The notes under the pieces were generated by a model. That model searched no databases. It worked only from the letters and a program-made list of their open reading frames with translations, and had not been told where the DNA came from. Below are positions 49,001 to 61,000 of a stretch of 64,000 nucleotides of DNA, in pieces. The position numbers were made by a program, and so were the translations under genes. Origin of the DNA: Antedon mediterranea (Eukaryota; Animalia; Echinodermata); NCBI RefSeq assembly GCF_964355755.1, contig NC_092671.1, positions 8,804,001-8,868,000 of the forward strand, given 5' to 3'. Each line of letters begins with the position of its first letter. Positions within the stretch are counted from its first letter, which is position 1.

Positions 49001-52000
49001 ATTCTAAATTTGGTGTGGAACCTCAATTGGAAGGAATATTACCAAATTTGGTGTGGAATTGGAATATTAACAAATGTAGAATAAACTGTTTTCTTTTTCA
49101 AATTTTAGTTTTGTTTGCAAATTATTATTGCTACGGCAACATTATTTTAAATTTATATATTTAAAAAAAGTATATATTTTTGCTATGCTAGAGTCGCATA
49201 GCATTAATGACATGCTATGAAAAGAATATACTGTAGCGGTCAATTTAATAAGTTTTTATCATTTATAAGTGACCTAGACTAGACTATTTGTAGATAACAG
49301 TTGACTTTAAGGTCTTTAATGTACTGTATACCGATTGCAGTGTTCAGTGGTCGTAATAGATTTTTGATAAACCAAATGAAAATTAATTTTGTGGAGTTAA
49401 CATTTATTGGGTTTATGATTTATATAATATTTTATTTTAGAATGTACTGCAGGAATTTTGCAGAATAATGGAATGAGCACATCCATAGTAACAGTGCATG
49501 TGGTAGTGATTTGCCTCTACAAATTTGTCATTTTCTAACATAGATTTATTTTTTGTTTCTAGAATACCGGGTTATAGATCTCCTTGGAATAATTGGCTTT
49601 CCACTACCGGAAGAAGTGTACTTCACCATGGGTATGATGTCTAACCAACCTGCCTATGAGATTCGTCCGTTTTCAAACTTAGCACGGCAGGCTGGATCCT
49701 TCTTTGATAATGGACTTACTCAGGATTTTACCATTAGAGCAGTTTTGAAGCCTAAATCTGCAAATGGAGGGCCACTCTTTGGTATTTTAGACAATTATCA
49801 GACTGTTGTTATTCTAGGAGTTAACATTTCTTTATCGGATAATAATAAACAGATTATTACATTATTTCTTTCGGATAGCGACACTATTTCTGAAACAAGA
49901 GAGGTCGCCTCATTTATAGTTCCAAGCATGATGGAAAAATGGACACGTTTTTCGATAAGTGTCCGCAGACATGTGGCAACTTTGTATTTTAACTGTGAGG
50001 AATACGACAGGAAAGTAATCGTTAGAAAATTAGGAGATCTTGTGTTCCCGAACGAGGCTGCAGTATTTGTTGCAAAATTTGGACGTCTAACAGATACGGA
50101 TGATGGACGTAGCACATTTGAGGTATTGAAGTATTTCAAAGATTGTTAAATATAAAAACAATTTTCTCCTTTTTAGCGATTTGTGTGTACAAATGTTTAT
50201 GCCACATATTTTCCCAAATGATTATATTTATTTATGAAATCAACTATATTTTGTATAAAAACAAAACAACAAAAGAACAAAACAGTCTGAGAAGACAAGA
50301 ATTCTGAAATTTGCGCCTGTCTGCCAGAACTACAAAATAGAACAACTCGCATCTATAAACAACCAAACGCCAGGCCTCGAATTTGGGGATTTTAGGGGCA
50401 AGGCCATTTGGCCTCCGGTTTTCATTGATTTGAGGGGCACCAAGGCCAAATGGGAGGGCACCAAGGCCATTTGTTTTAAATCGAAGGGGCACCAAGGCCA
50501 AAATTAAAAAATATTTTAATAAATAGGCCAAAATTTAAAAATAGCTTGTTTCCGGTTGAGCGCCCGGGTGGAATTTTTTTCAAAAAAAAAAAATTCTACC
50601 CGCAAACATTTTTGGGGGAATTTCCCCTATTCATCAGATTGCGTAGTTAGTAGTAGGAGAGGACTGTCTACATCTTTTTGTATTTCATTATATATAAATA
50701 TTACGTGTATTTACGATCCATATAAATAATAATTATTAAGGTACGATGTTTAGCGTTCACAGTTGTTTCGTTTAGTTTCAAACAATGCGATCAAAAAAAG
50801 GCATGTGAAGCCAGGCCCAACGGGTAAAGACCCTAACAACAGCAAGCACTTAGCAGCACTAAATAAAGGCGCAGCGGACGGAGAACACAGGTTACAAAAA
50901 CAATTTGTTTGTAGGCCTTAACTACAACTATTCATACACAGAGTGTTATCCACGGTAAAAATCAAGCCAATGACATTATGTTGTAGAATATAAATTATTG
51001 TTATTTTCCGAGTTTCGATTTCTGAAGCTTTTTTGTTAGTATAATCCATATTCATAAGAATTCAAAACACGGACGGACGGACGCCGACCTCTCTCTCTCT
51101 GTTTAGCCTTCTGCACGTGTATTGTGGACTATACCATTTCCTTGAGTTCGGTAAAAACGCGTTTGTTAATTTAGTGTACGACGTCGTTAAACAAGATTTT
51201 TCGATGATCTGTCGGCTGGATTATTGAGGTGGGTGCGATAAAATATAAATATAATATACTTCCAACGATCTTCGGGTTGAGGTACCGGTTTAACTTTAGT
51301 ACTAAAAGTTGACACCCCTAATTTTACACGTATAATGGAATGGACTACACCATGCAGGAACGCACATGGTATTTTCATATCAGAGGGTGCGTGTACGTCA
51401 AAAGGAATTGTTTTTCCAACGACCGATCCTTCGTACTCACACGTACGACGACGTCGTGTGAAATTTCTTATCAGAGGGTGCGTGTGCGTCAAATGGAATT
51501 GTTTTCCCAATGTATTGAATCGCGTGTGTTTGTTGATCGGATCGGCGGCGGGAGGATAGGCTGGCTAGGACAAGGAGTGCGTGTAATTTTTTTTTCAACG
51601 AAGGCGGCTAGCTCGATTATTGAGGCGGGGGTGGTGCGACTTTAATACTTTCAGTGACCTCCGATCGAGGAACGTTTTTAGCTTTATTATTAAAAGTGTA
51701 CACCCCTGTATTTTAATGTACTATCTATACCATTATTTACCACGCACGGCGGCCGGGACGATATTGTTTTGGTTATATAAATATGTTCGATGTTTTCTCT
51801 AAATGCGTTTAGGGAAATCCCCTTGCAACGAAGACAGGCGATAGTTTTGCGTCTCGTCCGATATTCTTGACATTATTTTCTATCTACTTCAGTGGTTTTT
51901 ATTGTGGTAAAACTCGGGAAGGGCACTCACGGCCAACGCAAAAAAAAGGGCAGGCCAGTAGTGGCCGTGGGTGCTATTAATTTTCGAGGGCATTGAGGCC

Positions 52001-55000
52001 AACTGGGAGGGCACCGACGGCACTGGCCGCGGTGGCCGCGGTAAAATTCGAGGCCTGAAACGCCATTAACAGAAAATATTATGCAAAAATTCAACATAAA
52101 TTACCAATGTATATTTTCTAATTGTAGGGGACTGTACAGGAATTATCTATTACAACTGATCCACTTGATGCAGAATTTCAATGTGAATCTCCAGAAACAG
52201 AAGAAAGTGAGGTATGTTGACCATCTTTAAAACTTTTATATTAAACATTTCCTTTTATTGATCATATATTTGTGGGCAGGATTTGAAATTGAATTGAAAT
52301 ATTGAATTGAAATATATATTTATACTGGGTAACCTCTTCAGTCAAAGACTAGTCTCCCAGAGGGCCCAGTTGGTGATCAGTGGCTGTGATGTACTAATAC
52401 ACCGAGGTAACCCCCTACTCGTCTCGAAAGATGTACTAGGTTCTTTAAAGTGCACACGAGCTAGTTGTGTACACTGGACCTACGGTTTATAGTCCTTAGA
52501 GAAGACTCGTTCTACCACCAGAACCATGGAGTGAGTGAGCCTTGAACCCCTGCCGATGTTATGGCTACGTAATTACGGTTCCACTGTCTTAACCCGCTCG
52601 GCCATTCATTCTATTCTATCTAGCAAACTACTGGAAATTGCTTTGTCGTTTTGCTATACTTTCTAGTTGAAATTCCAAAGCTAGATGAAGGTTTGGTGGT
52701 TTAATTTTTTGAAAAATGTGTTACTTTTTAGTTAAGAAAAGGTGCTTGATCTTCCAATTTCTATAATTTCAAGTTTATGTAGTTTAATTTATCAACAGAT
52801 TTGTTTGCTAGCTAGATAAATGGTTCATTTTGCTAACTTTTTACAACTAGAAAAAGTTCTATTACTAGTAGGTAAATGAGCATCTCCGGTGTTGTGAAGC
52901 TATTAATGATTCCTTCTCTTCTTTATACCCAAATGTATTTGATTCTATAACATTCATACATTGATAAAATTATGGTATTAGGTATATTGACCTGGTTATG
53001 TACAGTACATGAATAAACAGCATTCCTTCAAAGAAATGGAGTATGGTTAATTTTGATATTGCCCTTCACATGTGAGTAGTTTAGTCATTGATGTAAGGTA
53101 CATTCATTTAAATAAGTGATTTATAAGTTGTTTATACCTGTATTGGCCTATACGAAATGATCATGGAATAGTTATTTATTAAATTTCAACCTCAGCATTC
53201 CATTTCCATTAATTTTAATTATGATTGTAGTGATGGCAACCATATGTACTAGTGTCAACACAGCAAATGTCAAAAAGTCATTTCACAGTGTGTAACACAT
53301 AATAATTAAGATGTTTGGCCCATTTTATACTAAATTTGTCAACTTTAAATGAATTGTTATTAATTTCTTACTATATTCAGTAGTACAGTACAATTTGAGT
53401 CATTCTCAGGTTTTAGTTATGAAATTTATTCAATTAATAAAGATTTACAGAATATTTCAACACATTTTCATCTTCATCCATCTTCTTGTGATATTTACAG
53501 ATTTATAGTGATTTGAAGGGTTGAACTAATACTGACAGGGGATAAAAAAGCCACTCTGATACAAATCTATTATATTCGCATATGTAGATTGTTCACATTT
53601 TCTCTCTGATTATAAACGTACCTAAATTTTAATGTTTTCTTCTTCATTAAAACACTATAATAAAGCCATTTTATGACCATCTCCAGTAATTTTTTATTTA
53701 TATTATTGTATTATTTATTTATGAGATTATCTTAAATACTGTAGCTATAGTACCAAATTAATGCACATCTTCTGGTCTTGATGATATTATACCGTCCTAA
53801 TCCGACAACTCATATTTTCAACTTTCAATGTCTTCTATGATGTATAGGCCTAATCAAAGCCTTATTAAGGGGTGTAGTGTAGTAATTTACTAGTGTAGTA
53901 ATTTATTCACACCGTTTTTAACCAGTTATTTTTATGCAGCAGAAACAGACCCTCAGAAACAGCTTGCTAAATAATAAACAAGTTTAATAGCAAAATGTAG
54001 TTACTGCATTAACTGCAGTAGAATAATTTAGACATGGTCCCTAATGATCACAAGAGAGGAGAGTATTATTCTTGAGTCAGAAGTTCACAGAATTTGCAGA
54101 ACTAATGCAACTTTTCCAACTTAATGATTTATGTCGTTTCAATCTCCCTATGTTTTACCAACTACTGTACATAGATAAGATCAACACTGAGTTTATTACA
54201 TTTGCAGCATTCAGACACTTTTGTATTTGGTTGACAGCAGGAATATAGAATTTAAATGCAGTTTATAGATTTAACAAAAATTATTCAAGAAATTTGATCA
54301 AATAATTTTCTATCCATAATTGTTTATTGCCAGGTGCAGAAATTGATAGGTCAATTTTATAATAGTTTAAAAAATCATTTGGACATTTGGAAATCTTGGA
54401 ATGCGAGGAGAACTGGAGTTAAATTGATGAAAATTGAAAAAGACATGTAATGGACATGCTTTACCTATACTTCACACACTTTCAATTTCCTTTGTGGAAT
54501 TTAGAATTACATTTTAAGTGACCACATCAAGGGGAACCTTTGATTTCTTTTGCCAGATAGTTTGTAATATAAATTGATTTGATAAACTAGACAAACAAGA
54601 AAATATTTAATTGAATTGTATGGTGCTGAGATAAAAGATTTATTAATTTTTCTTATCATTTCCATGTTAATAAAAAACATGTGGTTGCAGGAATGACTTG
54701 TTTGGTATAACCTCAATGTGGGCTTAAATCTGAGCATGGAGTAAGGTGTACAGTATTGTGTTTATCGGTCAGGTTGCAATGAAAAAATCTAGTGGAAGAG
54801 TTTAATTATGGTTTTTATAGTAATTTATGGTAATGAATAGTAAATATTGTAGTATTTCTTGTTGTTTAGGATTTACCTCCTGTGCAAATAAGGTAGGGTA
54901 CCATCTCAACTGATTTGTTTTGGATTAAAAACAATGGTAACATTACAACACCATTCCTTAAGGATATTTTAAGCATTCTTTCCTTATTAAGATTCAAATC

Positions 55001-58000
55001 AACTGTCTATGTAAGAAGAAATTGCTTCATTAATTGTGCAGAATGCAGAAAATTATTTTGGAGCAATTTTATGCAATGTCAACTGTCAACACCAAGGGAT
55101 TTTGAACTAAGGACTGAAAGCAAGATTTACAATGACATATGAGGTATCGATTTAAGGTTACATCATTGTGGATGATAGGTAGCTGTAACAGATTTAAAGG
55201 AGACTGTCATAACATGTTATATTACTAGTACAATATATTATGTTGCAGGATAAGAATTTATTAAAATAGATTGAAATTACATTAATGTAGGCACTTTTTG
55301 CAAATCATAAACATATTAATTAAAGCATATTTTTTCTTAGAAAGTTGGTATCCCATGGTCACCTCAATACTGGCAATCTAGCTGTGTAACTTTTGGTATC
55401 CCATGGTCACCTCAATACTGGCAATTTAGCTGTGTAACTTTTGGTATCCTGTAGTCGCCTCAATACTGGCCCTCTAGCTGTGTAACTTTAATATAATTTG
55501 TTTTAGCTTGTGGTCTTCCAAAGCCTTTAAATTGAATGTACCAGTATTCTCCATCAATATATTAACTGTTACCAGCCAATATAGGTATTAGCTAATTTGG
55601 CCCCTAACACATCTGTTTCACAAGGACCTACCACTTGCCCCTGAGCAGTCACATACCAGAAGTCTTGAAAATTCATTAGTTTTTATATAAAATTGCACAG
55701 GTTTGCTTCCCATTAGAAATCAATTGGTCTTTTATCAAGAGGGAATACTCATTTGGGGATTACTTATGGTGGTCCTTTGTTAGGATTAGTTAGGGTATAT
55801 AAATTGAACCCCAAGGCCTGTTTTTATATTGATTTTTGTGATGGTAATTTCACCTTACCATGCTGAGAAAACTTATTTTATCAGCCTTGTGTTAATTTAA
55901 AGTGAATTGATAGAAAATATTTTGCCTTTAAAGTCTTTCAAATGTCGTACAATGAAGAGTGTATACTGCAGACTACTTTGTTGGACTGTAATTGTATATT
56001 TTAATAATAATTTAATATATGAGAAACAATACACTATGTGAAATATTCCACACAAACAAATAGATTGTCTGGGCCAACTCTTAGGATGTTTTGTTATATT
56101 TAATGTAATACTTGGAAACTATTAATGTAGCAGTCTTAAGATTTCCTTGGGAATGCCAAGTTTACATTCTATATGTGCTTGAGGCTGGCGTTAGGTGGCC
56201 CTCTGGGAACATTTAATGACCACTCAGCTATGACTGAATGTTTTGTGATTTGTGAAATAAATACCTTATGTATAGAAGTACAGTTGTAAATATTTTATGA
56301 AATAGCTTTGTTTCATTATAATAAATCTAGCTAACTTTATTTAAGGTCAAAATGGAATTCAATGAGTATGTCATGTGGATTTTTTAGTTAAAGGTATAGT
56401 TTAGATGTCTGAATAAAGCATTTTGGTAACTGTTTATGACAACTAGCTAGGCCCGGGGCTAGGCCATAGAATAACTTGTTGATTATTAACTTTACAGGGT
56501 ATAGTACTGTAATAAGCAATATTAGAAATAAGACAATTGAGACATCAGAAAGTTAAAAACAAAATTAGATTTAGCACAATTAAAATGATTAAGACAAGCC
56601 AAGTCTTTCAGCTAAGAGTGGGCCATCTCAGTCTCTGCTGTGGACTGACGAATGAGTGCCATTTAGTGGTAGTTTAACACGAAGGGACTCATAGGAGAGA
56701 TAAAAGTTGTATGTGTTATCATCAGGTCCACTGAGCTTTGTATAAAAAGTGCATTATAAAAAAAATTTGAATTTATTCTGAAGTGATTTGATAAAAGTTC
56801 TACATAATATTATAAGCAATATAATTGTTGTATGTTAGGTAATTTTGATTGATCGTAAATCGGTACTGGGTATAATGATAGTTTTTAACATAAAATTATT
56901 GGAAACTGGAAGAAGTTATTTTGGGCGTTGATGAATAACCTTAAGGGTCAAGAAAACAGTGTTTGTCCAAGCATATTTTGTTTCTATCCATAGTGAGGAT
57001 CAGTCTTCCATATACCACAGCAAGATTAGATAGTAGTAATGGACACCAACATACACAATAGCTGTTTACCCATAGTTTCTAAAGCCTAACATCAACACTG
57101 TACATGATATGGTGTTTGAGTTGAGATAAGACCAGCTGTAGTGATATATTTCAAAAAGCACTTTATCTAAAATGAAGAATTTGAGTAATGCCATAAATGA
57201 AGCAACATACCACATATGGACATACTGTAGTAGTATTCATCATTTTGTGATCCATTGCGTAAAATCGGTAATGGGTTGTAGTGATTAAGAGAAATACAAT
57301 AAAGAACAATTTGATTGGCAACATTTGTATCTCAATTAAATAGTAGGATTTAAAACTCCACTACTAGGATGTAAGGTCCATCCTAATGGAATACACAATG
57401 AATCAAGGATGCTAACTCTATTGACATCTTCAAATAGTTGCTGAAAACCAATTGATTTCGCCATATGAAATGGTATAATTTCTACCTAGTTCGCTCTCTA
57501 TACTGTGGTCATAGCACTTTCGAGAAAATTTATTTTGGTTAGGCACTATACAAAAGATTAGCATTATTATTATGTAAGCAAAGTTCAACGTAAATATCCA
57601 ATCACGACAGTTAAAAACTTTTTTTAAATTGCGTTGTGCATGTTTCTTTAGTGGAAACCAAGCTTTATGTGTATAGCAAATGTGGAGGTATTGGATTTCA
57701 CAATTATTACAACCGGTGTCTGAATAGGGTTTAAGCTGCCCATTGTCAAAGTAATCAATCCATTTCATGGATCACTCTTGTATTAAATAATAATATCAGA
57801 CATTGTATAATGCTATTTTATGAAGATCAGAGAGCTTTAACCAATGTTGTCAAAAGTTCTATTTGAGTATTTTTGAGTTGTCCGGATATCAGTTAAATTA
57901 CACATCGATATCAGAACCAGGTCAAGTGAATATAGACACTATTCAAATGGTTCAGTGCAATTAAATGACCATTTAAAATGAGCCAGAAGCCATTGATGTC

Positions 58001-61000
58001 TGGCAATAGATACCAATGCAAACTTTAGTACCACCTGTAACACCACCCTCTAGGAAACATTGTGATCTTAGCCTGGTGTACAGGGATTCAACGCTGAAAA
58101 TTGACGTACACTTTGACACAAACTTTTATTGCTCCTGGTTGGAAATAGATAGTATCCATGTGCGTTTTAGTTTCTCTGATATTTCTCATTTTAGAACTTA
58201 AAAGGTTGTTGACATTCTATTCATGTCCTACTTTTTCTTGGATCTGCTGTACATTATTTACTGGTGATGTTCTCTTTCTTTTAATTGCAAAAAGTTATGA
58301 ACAGTTAAATTATATTATAAAACGCTTTGCCTTGGGCAGTAGATAAAAAACTATTATTGTAGTGTCCCTGAATATTAGGCATCTGGTAACCATAGATACT
58401 CTAGATGGCAGTCTATAGGCAGTCTTATTACTGTTACTGTATTGTGCATATTAATATTTATTTCAATGTATGCCCTTTCATAATTTGTCCTAGATCCAAT
58501 TTTTGAATTTATATATTCCATAAAAAGTACAAAGTATGGTATGGTATTATAGTGAGAATAACTACACTGTTTGAATTGATTGACATAAAGAAGCCTAAGC
58601 CATTCTGGAAGTAGTAAGATTAGCATACATTGTGTTCAATCACTTGATAGTTTATTTAACAAAAAGTCATCTATCCAGCATATCCCGAAAGGTTCCAAGC
58701 ATCAGCTCACAATTAAAGCTATTTATTTTAAGCGTGGCTACACACTATATATAGAGGATGTGTGCCGAATTAGCAACAGACAAAATAGAGATTTTCACCA
58801 TCATTTAACACAACACACACTTAAAATTGATTGGCTATGACCTGCAACACCGAGCACATGCATTATAAAGTTAAAACAGAATTGTCCCATTCTGAAATTT
58901 CATTGATATTTTGGAGCAGCAGAGTATTTCCAGGATCTGTTTTACTTTTGCTTCTTTTTCTTGTCTTGAATGTCTTTAAGTTTAACAATGTCTTTACACA
59001 CAGATTATGGTTCACTGAAGTTCCCTGTTTTTGGAATTTGTTTCTCGTTTTTCCCCCATGTTTTTGCTTGCCTTCCTTTAGATAGGCAGATGCGGATCCA
59101 GCATTATAGATTGATGGAGGTAAATATTTGATAAATGATAAAACGATCTGTCGGGTTGCAGAATATAGTCATTTTATTTTAAAAGAAATTTTAGTGTGGG
59201 CTGTTTAGCCCCTGCCTAAATCCGTGCCTGATAGGTACAGTAAGACATAGAATAACATACTTGGTTGGCCTACAACAAATTTAGACTCTAATAATAATAT
59301 CACTATATCAATGCAAGTTATACAATTTAAAAGGAAAAACAATATGGCATTCCTCAGTGTTACCCTATTTTTTAAAGATATGTAAATTCTTTAAAAAAAA
59401 TATAAGTAAAAGAAATTACAGCTTTAATAATTTTTACTGGCATGCTCTTTTTGAACTTTCAGCTTTAGTAGGTCACCCAATCCTTTTCCCCTGCTTTGCA
59501 TACACTACCAAGCATGACTTTGTTTTAATTTTCCCCATGTGTAGCAATACATTAACAGTTTTTTTTTTTCAGATATAGCAAATCTAGGCAAGTATTGAAG
59601 TATTTACCTATTAGTATTTGTGAAACTGTTGTGAAAGCAAGTATATGTGTTTAATTACTTCCCTCATTGCTTAGTTGTAAGAAAGGTACTACTTTGTACT
59701 TTAGTTCAGAGAGTGAGAGTAGATTTCAATATTAGCAGAAATATAGAATGGTTCTCATCAGCCAGTGAAATTTTGACCCTCATCAAAAATATTTATCTTT
59801 CCTCTTTCTTTTTTTAAAGAATTAAATACTGAAATTGATGTTGAAAAATAAGTATCGATCAATATTATTCTCTTCAATCATTTACGTTTTTTCTCTACAA
59901 ATATAATTGTGGGTGAATTGAAGTATAGTGTATTGTTTTTGTTTTTGATGAATATAAGAGATTGATTGATTGATTGGTAGTACAAAAAAAAACCATATTG
60001 GTGTCAACCCTTGACCTGGTCATTCACTCGAAATGCCCAATGTATGATTTTTTACTGGCCTAAAATAACTCAATTTGCTGTTCAATTACAATAGAGGAAA
60101 AGGTTTCTGGGAACATCAGAGATTCACTTTTTATTTGCTACAAGAAACCGAACTCGAAATTCTGGACAAAATTGAGGTTTAAAAATTGCGGTATTCTGAA
60201 GGTTTGAAGCAGATACACACGGATATCTTAAATTTGTAATAATGAATGAACCACCTCCTTACTAATGTTGAATGTGTTAATGCAATTTTAAAGTCAGATT
60301 TGATTCAATTTAAATTTTGATTATTAAACTGAAACTTTGGTTTGAAAGTGGTCTTTACTTGAAGAGATGACTCCCAGATTTAAACAATACAAATGAGACG
60401 TTTTAATATCAAATTTCCTTTGTCAATCAGCTAATTTTCATTCGCATAGTTAAATGATGAATAATATGGTTGGAATTGGTACTATGTATAAACACTTGAG
60501 GCTGAAAATAACATGACCAGGTCCTAGATCAGGTCAAAGTGTGATCAAATGGTTCCACCTCAAGCTGAGTTTGTGGGCCTTGGTTCTTATAAAATACAAA
60601 CACAACTAAAGCCTTAATTACCATACTAATTACATACATCTGTATAGTTGAAATTGGTTGACTTGATTATTTTTCTTCCAATATTGTTAAGTGCACTTTT
60701 TAAAGACATCCTTATTATGTCTGTCTGTGGTTAAGACTGAAAGTGTTATCAGATTTTTACAACAGTGATGGTAATATTAACAGAATAACAAAACTAGGTG
60801 GGATGACCCCATACTGTAAACAAAACAATGACGCATTCAATATTCTCTCAATCTCCTTTTTTTCTGGGTTATTTTTTGATTAATTTTTCATCTCATATTT
60901 TTTGTTTCAGGAATTTTAAGTTGGTTACCATTTGTAAAAGACCATTCCATATGTTATTTTAAGCATAACAAATAGGATTATAGTAGAATATTGCTAACCC

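Noticed and set aside
51187-51802. Cluster of short ORFs as a possible transposase
   Set aside because: No DDE or zinc-finger motifs; this is the GC-richer interior of a non-autonomous element with a ~41-bp internal duplication (51379 and 51470).
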